From Octopus sinensis (taxonomy: Eukaryota), in contig NC_043008.1 in NCBI RefSeq assembly GCF_006345805.1, positions 60,946,001-61,010,000 on the forward strand: a stretch of DNA of 64,000 bases, read 5' to 3'. The position numbers and the translations under genes were made by a program. Shown one piece after another: positions 1 to 14,984 of the stretch (position 1 is the stretch's first letter; each line of letters starts with the position of its first letter). Below the pieces are notes generated by a model, which saw nothing but the letters and a program-made list of their open reading frames with translations, was not told where the DNA came from and did not search any database.

Positions 1-216
1 CTGGACGGGACGCCAGTCCATCGCAGCGTTGCTTAAGAAACAAGAAAATAGAGTGAGAGAAAGTTGTGGCAAAAGAGTACACTAGGGGTCACCACCAACC
101 CCTGCCGGAGCCTCATGGGGCTTTAGGTGTTTTCGCTCAATAATCACACACAACGGTCTGGGAATCGAAACTGCGATCCTCCGCGAGTCTGCTGCCTTAA
201 CCACTGGGTCACTGCG
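1..216 (-). mobile_element. tRNA-derived SINE, family C (partial, window edge)
   Basis: Shares ctggacgggacgccagtccatcgcagc and ggaatcgaaac...ctaaccact (reverse-complemented B and A boxes) with the copy at 61051-61299. Confidence 0.7.
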
Positions 217-559
217 CGTAAAGATAGCGAGATACTATGTATTAAAATGTATACATTATAAATAGCAATATCTATTTTTATTTATGACCTTTAAATTTTC
301 TATCGACGTCTTATAGTTGATGTATGCTGAAAGGCAATTTCATTAATCACATCTGTCGAGTTTAGTCGCTGATAAAAAAACATATTCGAAATTATTCTAT
401 ACTAACTACACAAAGACTCAGTCTGTAGTAACCCTGACTTAGTAAATCTAAATCACTGTAAAGTAAATTAAAAGAAAGGATTGCATGGAGAAATAAAATT
501 GATCTAAAAGTTTATCAAATGAAATAATGCGGTACGCATTATAATGAACAATTTAATGA

Positions 560-1167
560 ACATGAATACGCGAAAATACCTATATTTGCTAACTCTCTAG
601 GAAGCAATATAATTTTTAGAATCGAAATGCTTGAAAATATACCAAGCTTGATTAGGAATGACCGGATCTGAGTGTTGGGCAATTTTTGAAAGCTGTTCCG
701 TTTTATGATTAATAACATCGAATCCATAGTTCATAGTCCAGTAAGAACTGTCTTATATGTAAGTAACCAATGAAGAATTTCTCTGCTGGAACAACTAGTG
801 TAGCAAAGGTGTTATCACATCCACGTGTGTAGCAAAGCATTATGTAAAAATGACGACATCTTCATTGTAATTATCGTTGCTTACTGCGACTTTAATCAAT
901 TTTCGATTGAGAGAAGTGTATTCTCTAGGTTTCTTAACGATGTGGGAAGGAAAGTTGTTTTGCAAACACGCCGGTCCGTTTTCGATTCATTGCAATGTTA
1001 TTTTCTACAAAAAATCGTGGATACTGACCTTCAGTCTGAGACTGTGTCATATGGAATTATGGAACATGAAATCATCAGTTAAAATTCATCGGTGAATTTT
1101 TATCAAAGAAATTCTGGTTTGTATATAGACATATAAATATATATAATTGCGCGTGTGCGCATGTTTA

Positions 1168-1206
<39 letters not shown>

Positions 1207-2100
1207 GAGAGAGGAGACAGAGAGAGGGAAAGACAGAAGGTAGATTTGTATGCATATGTGTATGTGTATATATTCATATATATATATATAGAGAGAGAGA
1301 TGGAGAGGGAGAGAGATGGAGAGGGAGAGAGAGGAGATTTGTATGAATATATTATGCAATGTCGTAGAAAAATGCAAGCATTTGTCTCTCAAAGAATCAC
1401 AAGACGCTGTTAATTTCAAGATATGGGTCTTTATATTGAAAGGCGGGGCTTCTGAAATTCGTGATTAGCACCAATTTCAAAATGTTCAGTTGGTCATGAC
1501 TTCATAAACGGTCTGCCTTAACTTGTTGTTTATATACCCTGACCCTCCTCTTTAATTCCGTTCACAGTTGACTTATGTTGTGCAAATGTAGGAACGTAAC
1601 GAAATAAATTTGACTCATTTTTAATTCATATTTCCGATAACCTTGAGTTCTTTTCGATTCTTCCAATTTCGATTTTACACTTTCCACTCACCACATAACC
1701 TCCAACGACATTTCATTATTCGCATAATTTTAGGTTTCGATTTTAGTCTCTCTTTTGTTAAAAGACTTCCAAGTTTTGTTGGTTATCTTTGACTGTTAAC
1801 AATTTCTGATTTCTTAATTGTTTCACTTTGATTTACAGCCTGATGTAGAGTTGGCCAGTATATTGCGGAATAGACCACATCGTATTATCAGTGATCGTGT
1901 TCTATGTCTGTCTGAATTATTCTCTCTGTTCAAGAGAGTTCGTAAAGTATTGGAATTTGGTTTGTATTGGCTGTGGCATTATTTATTATATCTTTGGATA
2001 TATTTAATTTCGCTAGTCGCTTCTGTCTGACCAAGACGAATTTGTAACTATAGCACATACAAATCTAGTCTCATTGAATGGGAAATATGATAAGAACATG
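560..2100 (-). pseudogene. Possible highly decayed PLE RT-thumb/linker remnant interrupted by microsatellites
   Basis: Manual minus-strand translation gives PFNETRFVCAIVTN (~2080-2040), like PYNLAKRICTIVSN of the intact PLE. It also gives HIVKKPREYTSLNRKLIKVAV (~950-880), like HEIIKSKRQPKSLKTILTNAKV. The order is colinear, but the matches are weak and stop-ridden. Confidence 0.3.
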
Positions 2101-3514
2101 AGAACAACAGGCGAAGCAAGAATACTTCATGAATTTTTCCAATCCCAAAATAAACTAGAAATAGTAATAACCTCTACTCAAATAGAATCCGTAAAAGACA
2201 GATAACAATATTGCAAATGCTGTGTTATAGTATTTGTTAGAAATGTTGAATCCAGTTTTAGCAGTCGCGCATAAATATTCTCCTCCATCAGGTTCGGTTT
2301 AATTTGTTGCGTAAATCTTTAAAAAAATTATTATTGATCAGAAATATTTCTCGAATATTTGTGACAGCATCATGTATATTTCCTTAATTAAACGCATGTA
2401 CCCACACATATTATTGTGTTTTATCAAACGCAAATTCTCATTTAATACATGCAATGATTGTAGCTTATATATATACTGTTGCAGTTCTTCCAGCTGCATG
2501 CTAGCTTAATTAACATCTATGAAATGATGAAAAATATCTCCTGGGGGTATACTGTTATTTTCTCCTACATTGTGTCTACTATAGCCTTCAAGAAGGTTTA
2601 TGACGATAGTCATTTAAGGCCATCTTCAGCTTATTCCAATGCCGAACTATTTCTTAGATTCAATTAACATCATTAATTCCGTAGCTATTAGTGCCGGTAA
2701 TTAGATCCCTATGAACGCCATTAATTAGATCTCCATTATCGCATTTTATATTCGCAAACGTGTGTGGTCGAAATGGCAGCAAAGCATTACTTGAAATCGA
2801 TTTTAAATTCTTCGAATCCTGCAAGCGATTACACATGCCAAACTTCGCCCCGTTTTTTAAACCATGTCCTTCCTGCTATTTTCATGCCATCTGTCATTGG
2901 CCCTTGTCTAGTCAACATATTCCATATATCACTTTTAATTTAATGGATTTGGAAATATCTTCTTGGCCAGAGACAGATGTTCATCTCTACAGTTGAGAAC
3001 ATTAATTCATATGAATTCCTCGCATTTTATTTTAAGCTCGAGGGCGAGTCATTAACTATCCGCAGTTTATATCACACGTATCGATGGGATACCACTAATT
3101 TATTCTCAGTGAAATATTGCTCTCTACAAAATATAAATATTTGTTACTTTTATCAGCTTGAAGTCAGCTTTGTAATTTCCATACACGTCATTCGTTTACA
3201 TCGTAGAAACGTCAGTGTACACAAAACTATCAATGTTTCATAAGCTGAAATTTAATGTTGGCGTAGCTACAATGTTTAAATTACAAGCCTTGGTTTACAT
3301 GCAAAAGGATTTTCGTCTCTTGGGGAGAAAACAATTAAGGTCGATACAACTTTTTAACGTCTATTTCAGGATTCAGATACGAAAGCGTATCCTCATTTAC
3401 TGTCACTGGAAATACTGACAGTTGTTAGTTATTTGTAATAAACGCGAATCAGGAGTTATGTATTCGATAATATATATGACAGTATTCAGTCACTTTCTTT
3501 GGTACTGGTAATTT

Positions 3515-3790
3515 CATATAACCCGTGGAAACAGTTTTCATTTTCATGTTTTCTCTCACAAGCAGCTTAATAAACCAACCAAGTATTTCACATCTGTTCC
3601 GTTTTAAGTTATTTGATTTTCGTTCGCTTATTTACTGCATATCCTTCTTTATAATACGAATAAGTTTATTACATTTAGACAACTATAGACTACTTTGTAT
3701 AAGTTATATCGGAAATAAAAGGAGCTACACAACATACTCTCATACATTTTTTTTACCTGATAGAAATATAATGAATGAAATATATAAAGT
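3515..3790 (+). repeat. Direct repeat copy 1 (~275 bp)
   Basis: Near-identical to 5172-5446 (catataacccgtgg...gaaatatataaagt). Confidence 0.9.
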
Positions 3791-5171
3791 GAATGAAATA
3801 TATAACATGAATGAAATATAGACGTGAGCGTCTTTCTAGTAGTAATGTGCGAAGTTATAGAAATACGCGTGATAATTGTAGGACTAGCGTAGAATTAGCT
3901 GCTAAGCTGCAGCGGAGGTGACTTCTTTGACACGCTCTGCTCAAACCAGGAAGAGAGATACGAATGCTGATCACATTTGGAGGAAAAGAAGCTCTTGAAG
4001 GAGTGACAGTGGTTTACAAGAGGATGGCATTGCGATTTCGTTCTGCAAATGGGATGAGATCCCGATAGTCACCTGTCATTCATTTCATAGCGGAGATACT
4101 GATATTAGAAAACTGGACATCCAAAGAGCTACACAAATTTTCACCTTGTATGTAACTTCAGCTTCAAATTGAAACATGGAATTTCGATCTCAGAGCGGAG
4201 GTCATTGTTGTTGTGTTGGTTGAAGATAATATGCGTGCATGGAATGAGGAAATAGCGACACTGCTGCAGTTTCTTCTCTCATTTGAGCACATGTTATGTT
4301 TCGTATAATAATCGATAGTAATCGGGTTTCTTTACTTACCTGTACGACAGCGTCATTAGATGCTGCTGCTGCTTTTTAAGAAGTATAGGGATCAAAATTT
4401 CCTCAAAGGAAAGCGAAAATTGTTATCATTTGAAAAATCTAATGTAGGAATTATGTAACTAAATTGGAAATAAACAAAAACATATTTCATATTGCAGCTC
4501 TTTTGCTATTTATTTCGGCAACGGCTGTAGATGTAAAATTACTTTGTTGCCAACAGTTTTCAATCAAGTATCTTTTAATTATTTGCATCCTCTCGATTGA
4601 TCTTATCACACTTTTAGATTTCGCATATATTTTTTGAATGACTAGAGTTTTAGTAGTCTACCGTGCTAAAGTGAAACATTCACAGTGATTAGACCCCATG
4701 ATTCAGAATTCTCCATTCTAAGTACTATCTCTGCTATTCATATTGTGGGTAAATGTATATCTGTAATGTCACTAATTTATTTCCGTTGAGGCAACTCTTA
4801 AAAAGATATTCTTTAACAAGAATATGAAAAACAATTGTAAAAAAAGTGCTAATAGTCTAAAATAAATGACCCCAGAAACGTCTAAATTGAAAAATGTAGA
4901 CTGAATAATCTTGTGATTTATGGTACATCTCTTCGTTCACTTTCTCTTAAAAAGCATTCAATAAAATAAATGAAATGATATTACAACATAATTTTGATAA
5001 AGTGTTCTAAATTCTGGCACAATCTTAATTACAAAGCGTAAACAAATACTACATATTATTGTTAAAACGTCTGATTTCGTTTATTTTGTTAAGAATAACA
5101 ACAAAATCACTGTTTACATCTGCCATCATGTTTCCATTTGATTATGATGACTTTCCCAGACAAAACTAAAA

Positions 5172-5446
5172 CATATAACCCGTGGAAAAAGTTTTCATTT
5201 TCATGTTTTCTCTCACAAGCAGCTTAATAAACCAACCAAGTATTTCACATCTGTTCCGTTTTAAGTTATTTGATTTTCGTTCGTTTATTTACTGCATATC
5301 CTTCTTTATAATACGCATAAGTTTATTACATTTATACAACTATAGACTACTTCGTATAAGTTTTATCGAAAATAAAAGGAGCTACACAACATACTATCAT
5401 ACATTTTTTTACCTGATAGAAATAACATGAATGAAATATATAAAGT
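5172..5446 (+). repeat. Direct repeat copy 2 (~275 bp)
   Basis: Near-identical to 3515-3790; the ORF-track peptides 3525..3821 and 5182..5430 are almost the same. Confidence 0.9.
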
Positions 5447-5619
5447 AGCCTTCACATATGTATAGCAGATAAGCCACAAATATTCTTATCACAATATATT
5501 AAAAAAAAGCAAAATATTAAATGAATCAGAAATAATTTCTAGCGATGTTACTTGTCTTTGGTAAGACTATGGAAAAGGTTGCAAGACGTAACTAAAATTT
5601 AAGGAAAATAAAGTAATAA

Positions 5620-5690
5620 ATAAGTGGAAATTTTACCGGTGAGTGTGTTAAATTATAAGGCAAAAACGACTCCCCCCAGACACAACAGAA
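5620..5690. repeat. Dispersed repeat fragment next to (TA)n
   Basis: ataagtggaaattttaccggtgagtg..ttaaat..taaggc...cccccagacacaac is the reverse complement of 47828-47900. Confidence 0.7.
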
Positions 5691-5737
<47 letters not shown>

Positions 5738-5771
5738 GCACGATAAGATTTCAATATTCAGTATCTGCGAA

Positions 5772-5965
5772 GGCGGCGAGCCGGGAGGATCGTTTGCACA
5801 CCGGAAGAAATACTTAGTGGCGTTTCGTCCATCCACTGAGGTCGATTTTGCATTTCACCCTTTGAGGGTCGTTAAAATACGTACCAGTTGAGTACTGGGG
5901 TCGATGTAATCGATTTACATTCTCTTCCCAATTTGCTAGTCTTGTACCAAAAATTTGAGACCAGT
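5772..5965 (+). mobile_element. tRNA-derived SINE, family B
   Basis: Head ggcggcgagc...cgtt.gcac.ccgg..gaaat.cttag and body gtaccagttgagtactggggtcgatgtaatcga, shared with many copies in the window. Confidence 0.75.
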
Positions 5966-6662
5966 ATACAATATCAGTAACAAGAAATTTTGTAGAATTA
6001 TTTGAAGGACATGCGATTACATTTGATGTACGTTATTGAGGTCCTCGCATATATGTAAATGTTATAGGATCTCAATTCTACACCTCTATATGGAGCAAGT
6101 GTGTTTATTGCGTAAACTGTTAGCGTAAGTATTGTTACATTAGTCATTCATTTAGTAATTAAATTTAATTGTATGTCAAAATATAACATTGCAATTCAGA
6201 TTGTGATGGTATGAAATAAGAACCAAAACACTAACATTTTTCTTGTATGCCACAACATTTTCCAGACATCGTTCTGATCCACGCACCGATAACATTTTGA
6301 AGCAGATAATCCAGATGAATATAGCAAGCCTTTCTCCTGTGGACATTAACATAATGTGCTTGGTATGAGATCGAATCTTGGACAAGTATTATTACACATA
6401 ATGCGAAGCATATATATATATTTTTACAATGTTAAGTCAAATCGAGGTAAGAGACAATTTAGAAGAAAGTAAAGTTTTTAAAAGTACTTCTGGCTTGCTC
6501 TTCCGCTATGCCTTTCAGATTGTTTGAGGTGAGCATAGAAAACAAAAATTCTACTTGTTCATTATAATGTTGTGCGAATCTATACTTGTACTGAAATTAT
6601 GTTGCCTATTTTCAGTAATTAGAATTAATATAAATAAATCAAGGTTCCAAGCTTTTAAGAAC

Positions 6663-6664
<2 letters not shown>

Positions 6665-6708
<44 letters not shown>

Positions 6709-6713
6709 CAGAG

Positions 6714-6744
<31 letters not shown>

Positions 6745-6766
6745 GAGAGAGAGAGAGAGAGAGAGA
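6665..6766. repeat. (GA)n microsatellite
   Basis: Direct reading. Confidence 0.95.
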
Positions 6767-9028
6767 ATGAATAATAAGTGAGGGAAGTACCGAGATTTAA
6801 GATGCCGATCTTTCCATCTGCTGTTTATCAATCTATTTAATAGGCATCTCGTAAGTCTGTATGTGAAACAATAAAACTTCAAACTGTAGCCATGTTATCT
6901 TTGACAAACATTATTATTTCGTAAGCAACTGGACAGCGGAATACAGTGAATGTGAAATACCTAATCGCAGTTTCATCCTTTTAGCTTCATTTACTTTCTA
7001 TAGTGACATTGAAAATAGCGTGAACATCAAAATCTTATATTTCCTTTTGCATAACAATTAAAGGCTCTACGCTTATGCAGACATATATCTTACGAGCAAT
7101 AAAGAAGTTAACGTGCTTCTCTATCTCTCGTATTGCCGTCTGTTTGTATAAGGTTTGATCTGCCCTTCAGCAGGAAACCTAACTATACAATCGCCTTAAG
7201 TACACTGAAGCATTGTGAAGTAATCGTTATTCGATGAATAAATACATTTCTTACGAATGCATTGCTATGCTGTTACATTATCACTGTGCATTGAAATGTT
7301 TCTGCCTTATCTTTAATTCGATATGTCGGCCTGATGTTTGCTGTGTATTTCACTGTAAATTTAATTCTTGGAAACAAGAAGCGCAGTAAATTGTTATCAC
7401 TCAATGTTATAACAATTCTTCCTCTACATTGATTCTCTTTGGTGCTTTGATCTGAAATCTTTCAGTGAAATGTTCTTGTAATATTACACACCTAAACTTT
7501 TACACGTTCAACAATTCTAACATCAATAGAAAACAGATGACATTTTGTACGAACCTGATAAGATTATATAACTATGGGAGTTCCGAAATGCATAAACAAA
7601 TATGAATAGTGGCACCATCTAGAGTTAACAGTTACTTCAGATTCATGTAATATTTATATCAAACATAAAGCACAGTTAAATCGAGCATATAAATTCAGTA
7701 AACTTTTTAGATGTTTTGACGTCATTAATATTTGTTAAGAGACTTAATTGTCGTTTAGGTTTGATATACGGCTTTCTGCTAGCGTTTTCTAGATCCTGTT
7801 GGACTATATCCAAGATCTATTCGGTGTTTTCTCTCATGTCTGAAATATTTCTAACTTATGTCATGCTGCACAAAAACGTTCAACCGAAACATACAACACT
7901 CCAGTGGCTCATTACAAATTTATACGACCTTGGAGAACATAGAGAATAATAGAGCGAGGTTTAGGTATAGATATTTCTAAAGCGAGTCGGTTGAGCATGT
8001 AAAAACCTTCGAATGGAGATTGCTGCTGGTTTGTCAATATTATAACGACAAATATTATTAGAAATGTGATAACAACATAAATATTGAAGAGAAAAATTAT
8101 TTAAAAACAATCAAAATCAAAGCACACAAGTGCATTTGAAAATATATCTAAATCATGATAAATATTCATTATGATAAATAACTGGAATGGAGGTGATATC
8201 TTCAATACTGAAAATAATTATTCTTCACATTTTCAAGTCATATCAGCTGCTGTATTGTAGGAAAGGATTAGTATTAGTGATCGGTTACAAATATGTTATA
8301 AGACACAGTTTCATGAACCGATTCTGTCACTATAAATTAAGAGTTATACATTCTTGTTAGGAATTATGGGATATGGTTATTAAGGAAATTATAAGAATTG
8401 CATAATCTTATTGCCGAGGTAATTTCCAGTTAAACCAGTTTTATTTCTATATTAACCTGCAATTAGAATTGCAAAACAAACTCAATTAAATATGAAACTA
8501 ATTTTGTTTTCTACTAGTTTTGAATTTTGGTGGAGTACAATGTTAATGATTGGAAAATAAAGTTGCAAAAAGGTGAAAATTTGTGAAACTTGTACGTTGT
8601 ATTAGCAACAACAAAAATATGCCATCAACAATTGTAATTTAAAACATAAACATCTACTCATGAGTCGTCAGTACATGTTTTAACCGATAGTTCAATCCTC
8701 TCAGAAATTTCTACAACTACTGTCGTGAAAAATAACTGTCTGATCAAACTACTTCAGTCCTAAATACACTCTCTATGAAAGTCTATTTGTTCTATCCGTC
8801 TCTCCTAATCTATACGCCTTTACTGCATCAAATCAGCTAGTCCCACAACTTTTTTTTCTTTCTGAAAAACAAAAATGGCTGTCATTGTTATATTTCAAGG
8901 ATGTCATTTCTTTCTTTGCCAAATAAACACGCGCACTACGTGCTAACGTTTCTGCCAGCTCGCCGCCTTAATCTATGTATATACACACATATATATGCAA
9001 GTATATGTGTATATGTATGAATATATAC

Positions 9029-9167
<139 letters not shown>

Positions 9168-9605
9168 CATATATATATACACACAAATATATATATGTGA
9201 GTGTGTGTGTATGTAGGTGTGAATCATTCAGTGATATAACGAGGCACATGCTTTTCTCGGGTTATCTGATCCTACCTTCTGGTGGCGGCTTTTTCCCCCT
9301 TTCCGACGAAGAACCAAGCTCGAAACATCATTTCCACTCCTATTGTAAAACTCTCCAAACTTTCACAGAACGTCAGTCTAATATTCTCACTGTATACGTT
9401 CAATCGACATTTGTTTTTTCTTTCCTGTTTTTTTTTTTTAATATACCCATCATGACGATAAAGGTAAATATGATCTACTCCTTTTGCATCTCCACACGTC
9501 CCTTTCGCTGACGGATATAAGGTAGGAGACTTGACTTGCCAATGATGTCGGTATATGTTTTCAAGACTTACTTCCTATCTCCAGACTATAGGAGTGTAAC
9601 TGTTT

Positions 9606-9653
9606 TCTTCTTCTTCTTCTTCTTCTTCTTCTTCTTCTTCTTCTTCTTCTCCC

Positions 9654-9739
<86 letters not shown>

Positions 9740-9780
9740 GCTGCTGCTACTGCTGCTGCCTCTACCGCCGCCGCCGGTAT
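9606..9780. repeat. Compound (TTC)n-(CTA)n-(CTG/CCG)n microsatellite
   Basis: Direct reading. Confidence 0.95.
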
Positions 9781-9908
9781 TGCAACAGATGTAATCATAG
9801 AAATATATATACATATGCATGCATACACACACACATACACATATGTATATATATATCATATGTATATGTGCATGTATGTATATATTCCTGCACACACATA
9901 TACATAAG

Positions 9909-9955
<47 letters not shown>

Positions 9956-10610
9956 CACTTATGTATAGGTATATGCAGATATTTATATTTGTGTGTGTGT
10001 GTGGAGACGCAAGTACATATGCACTTACAATGACACCTATAGATATATACATAAATGGAGGCGTAATTAAATATTTATTTCTTATTTAGATAAATACAGA
10101 TTCGTTCAGAAAGTATTCATTGGGGATAATACTGATATCTTTTGAGACTATCGACAAAATCAAAGATGTAAAAATACACGATTAGACATTCTTTGTTCTC
10201 TGTTCTTCATGATCTTTAATATATCTAATATATTTCCGTTTGCCGAATTTCACTGAGGAACAACGACGACGATGACGATTGTAATAATGGTGTTGATGAT
10301 GATAATAAAGATAAATACCATCTGATATCCGCCCCCATCCCCGTTTCTTTCCACACTGTATATACGCACTCTGAGTGTCTGGAAAAAAAAATGAAATCCA
10401 AGCGATGTTATTCTTTGAAAGATGTATTTTTAACCATCAACAATGATAATTCTCTCGTGAAAATACTAATATACTTTATGCTACGTCTGTATTCGAAGAC
10501 ATATATCTACCCGATATATTTGATTTCAATTCTACCGCACGGCATATCGGTTATTTTACTTCAATATAATAATTGTTAGCATTAGATTAGAAGAATATTT
10601 ACAATGTATT

Positions 10611-11090
10611 TACGAAGGGGTACTGAAAAGTTCCTGACTTTGTTTAAAAGAAAATAATGGAAGATAAGTTAATTGAGATTTTATCCAACATATGCTCTCT
10701 CAGACTCACACACTTATTGCAGCGCTCCTTCAGTTTTTCAGGGCTTAGAATTCAGTAGTTTGGGATTTGCACAAATTCGCACCAAATTTTGAGGAGAATT
10801 GAGGTCACAACAACTCACGTCCATATGCGGGCTCCCACACAATTAAAAAGATTGACAAACTAGATTCCGTATTACTGGAAGATCCAACATACGTTTCTGA
10901 TCTCATCCTTGCTGACTATCGTCACTTCGGAGAGCTAAAACCCACTTTACTAGGTCGTCTATTTATTGCGGACGAAGAATGAATGACAGACGTCACTAAT
11001 ATTTGGTGGAGTCAACATCGAATGGGATTTATTGAGCTTATTTAGATTACTAAATGTCGAACAATACCGAGTATTCTGAATATGAAATGA
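10611..11090 (+). mobile_element. Internally deleted mariner transposon remnant
   Basis: TA + CGAAGGGG terminus at 10611. 10806-10982 translates HNNSRPYAG..LLEDPTYVSDLILADYRHFGELK..LGRLF, a degenerate HDNARPH..PHPPYSPDLAPSDYHLF mariner catalytic C-terminus. Confidence 0.75.
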
Positions 11091-12535
11091 AAACACTCAG
11101 AACCGCCAGCGAAGAAGTAATATTCGTTTCAATATAGATATCTGTAAACAAATGATCACTGATTTCTTCGACAGTTGAGCACGCAAATTTCAAATCTATG
11201 TCGGCAATTTAAACAGCATTGCGTACGTACATACATGCATAGATTCAAACTCACACCTATATATGTGTGAGTGTCACTGTATGTCTGTCTGCACGTGTGT
11301 ATATGTATGCATATATGTATGTGAGTGTATGCGTGTGTGTGCATGCGTGAGAAAGAGTCTGTGTGCGCCCGAGTGCATGTTTTTTTACATCCTTCAAAAA
11401 ACTCTACATCCACAAAGCTTCATTTTCGACGTGAAATAAGTTACACTTTGTTTGGAAAAAGAAACCAGGGGCAAGTAGGGAATACATATATATGGTATGT
11501 GAACGATGATATTTTGAAATGTATAATATAAAATTAAATTTCTTAACTATATATGTGCGTAAGAAATTAATAAATACAATTATGATAAAAACTTACAGTT
11601 TTATTTTGATTGAAATACCACTGCTTTCAGAGTAAATCCTTTTACCTCAGTTTACCAGCACTTAGCGTCTCTGACAATCACTCATTACCACTCAAAACTT
11701 GTTGTTGTTTTCTTTCGTGTAACAGCGTGACAAACGGGTCACAAATTGCATTTTATTGGACATTACACATGCGTGAGTCCATGGTTGGGAGAGAATGTAT
11801 GGTCTTTATAGCATGTTAATGTTTAAGGAAGTGTTCGTTTAGGCGTTCATGAATGTACGTATATAAATGCATATGTGTGAATTGTCATGAAAACAGCTGC
11901 TTAAATTACATAAAAATAAAATGGAAATATGTGTGGTAGCCAAGGCAGACGGACACAACAGATCATATTGCAACAATTACACTAATAACTATACTTATGT
12001 AGAAAACTCTAAGCAAGGAAACGATCTATTTGATATATTTCACGACACCAGCTACATCTTCCCCGCTATTTTTTTTTTCATATCAAATCTCATTATAATC
12101 ATAAACGTTATGTTACGTTCACTAAAATATTTAAAAACAAAATAGAAGACAGCTATAACAAGACGGCCATGAACGAAGACCTGTCAGATACGAAGAAACT
12201 GTGTAATAAAGATGACAGGAAGTTTAATTACGTTACACACCGTGACAGAATTGGTAGCATTCTAATTTAAATTTGCCACTACGCTCCTATCTCCAAATAT
12301 ACATACATCTATACATATGTACACACATGTATATAGATTGATGGATGGATAGATATGCATATGTATATGTATATTTGTATATAAATGTATATACATAAAT
12401 ATATATATACATACATATATATATATATATATATAATATATATATATATATATTAGATAGATAGAAAGATAGATAGGTATGTAGATAGATAAATAGATAG
12501 ATATACATATATGTATATATATATATATATGTATG

Positions 12536-12584
<49 letters not shown>

Positions 12585-12825
12585 TTCTATATACATACAA
12601 CATACATATATATATATATATACATATATATACCGACATTGAGAGAAATAAGGTTGCACAATATAAATCCTTACAGAGACACAGTTATGTATATTTACAT
12701 TTAACTAAAGAATATGTACAAACTCACGTGCACACACACACACATACAAACACACAGACATCCATCCCCACGCGCGCGTACACACTCACATACATATGAA
12801 TATGAATATAGAAATATATATATAT

Positions 12826-12896
<71 letters not shown>

Positions 12897-12988
12897 GAGA
12901 AATATAGATATACAGCTATAAGCATATATGCGTATGCATATACGTACATATATCTGTCTACGTCTCTACACATGGTATATATATTATA

Positions 12989-13028
<40 letters not shown>

Positions 13029-13607
13029 TTCTATATACATACAACATACATATATATACACATATCTGTACATGCATACATACATGTATACACACACACA
13101 CACATATATATACATATATATATAAACATATACACACATTTATATTTATATATATATATATATTTACATGATTATATCATGTCATATTAAAACTGACTGT
13201 TATAACGTTTTCCATATTGCGTTCTTTGACTTGCATTATCAAATAAAATACTAATTTTGTGGTGGAATATTTCATTATCTATTTCGTGTTATAAATATAA
13301 TAAATGTCTTGTAAGCAGTTGAGAAGCAACATACTTCTAACAACAAATTAAGTTTAATTTCTCAAGGGCAATACGCACAGCATCAATATAACAGCTCAAA
13401 CCACGTTTAATATCGCTGTGCTATATCCATCCATATTCTTCTTTTTGCAGTGGTATCACTTTCATAACAAATGCTAGTCTTATAATGCTAAATTATTACA
13501 GATATTAGATCCAGCCTATTGTATTATTTTGAAGTAACATTCTGTTTTTGATGATATCGCAGTTTTATTCAATGGTTATCTGAGGTTAATATATTTGTTA
13601 TATCTTG

Positions 13608-14236
13608 TCGGTTACGATGACTGGGTTTCCCGTTGATCCGATCCGCGGAACAGCCAGCCCGTGAAATTAACGTGAATATGGCTGAGTGCTCCACAGACAC
13701 GTGTACCCTTAACGTAGTTCTCAGAGAGATGCAGTATGACACAGAGCGTGACAAGGCTGCCTTTTGAATTACAGGTGCGACTCGTTCTTTCCACCTGAGT
13801 GGACTAGATCAACGTGAAATAAAGTGTCTTGCTCAAGGATACAGCACGTCGCCGGGAATTGAAATCAATATCTAGCGATCGTTAGCCGAATATCCTAACC
13901 ACTTAGCTACGCGCCTTCACATTCGGTTACGATGACTGGGTTTCCGGTTGATCCGATCCGCGGAACAGCCAGCCCGTGAAATTAACGTGAATGTGGTTGA
14001 GTGCTCCACAGACACGTGTACCCTTAACGTAGTTCTCAGAGAGATGCAGTGGGAAACAGAGCGTGACAAGGCTGTCCTTTGAATTACAGGTACCACTCAT
14101 TCATTCCATCTGAATGGACTTGAGCAACGTGAAATAAAGAGTCTTGCTCAAAGATGCAGCGCGTCGCTGGGAATTGAAATCACTACCTACTGATCGTTAG
14201 CCGAATACCCTAACCACTTTTCCACGCGCCTTCACA
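13608..14236 (-). mobile_element. Two head-to-tail copies (~316 bp period) of tRNA-derived SINE family C
   Basis: 13608-13920 and 13924-14236 are near-identical. The minus strand starts gtgaaggcgcgt.gctaagtggttagg (A box) and carries the tccttgagcaagacactttatttcacgttg core. Confidence 0.85.
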
Positions 14237-14689
14237 TTTGTTATATACATGGTTTCAATAGACAATCTTCTATCGTACATTACTGGGGAATGAATGAAAT
14301 GAAAGAAATAAATGTCTATTTTGTAGTCAATGGAATTTGGACCTGTATCAGAGAAGACATCATCCTAGGCTAGCCCTACAGTATGTGCCCCTTCTCCCAC
14401 TCATTGAATATGCGTCGCTTTATCCCGGCTCCACAACGTGCTCTGCCTTCTCTCAGCCCTACAAGATGGTACATTTTCTTCTACCTCTACAATGGGTAAT
14501 ACTTTCAATGCCTATTGCAATAAACGCTCCACTTTTGTTACACCTACTAGTTGCAGCCCTTATGACCAGGAGTACCATAGGCGTTGTTTTTTCTCAGCCT
14601 TACAGTGTCCCCATCTAAGAAATCTGAGGAAAATTTGTGAAATGGCACAAAATGATCTTCATTACTCAAAATTCCTAAAACCCCCATAA

Positions 14690-14880
14690 TTCCATGGAAC
14701 TTTGTGTGTATAACATTATTTACATTATTTATTTATTTACCATTGACGGATATTTGTCCTCATCTTGTTTGTTGTTAACACGACGTTTCGGCTCTTATAC
14801 CCTAAAGTCTTCATCAGGTATCTTGGGGAAATTTCGAACCTGGGTTCTCATTCCCAAAGTATTTTTCGATGCTGTTGTTG

Positions 14881-14979
<99 letters not shown>

Positions 14980-14984
14980 TATAT

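Noticed and set aside
3370-3423. 54-nt candidate exon (tttcag|GATTCAG...CAGTT|gttagt)
   Set aside because: Plausible splice signals, but the peptides (DSDTKAYPHLLSLEILTV or GFRYESVSSFTVTGNTDS) are unrecognised and no partner exons were found.
4331-4375. Strong minus-strand donor (CAG|GTAAGT at 4340/4339)
   Set aside because: An isolated splice-like signal with no supportable exon or ORF.
9303-9332. CCGACGA-a-gaac/gctc-GAAA hammerhead-like motif
   Set aside because: Stem I does not pair and stem III is not palindromic; at most a decayed relic.
14337-14689. Overlapping 83-93 aa ORFs in non-repetitive sequence
   Set aside because: No recognisable motif in any frame; possibly a decayed retroelement, but unsupported.
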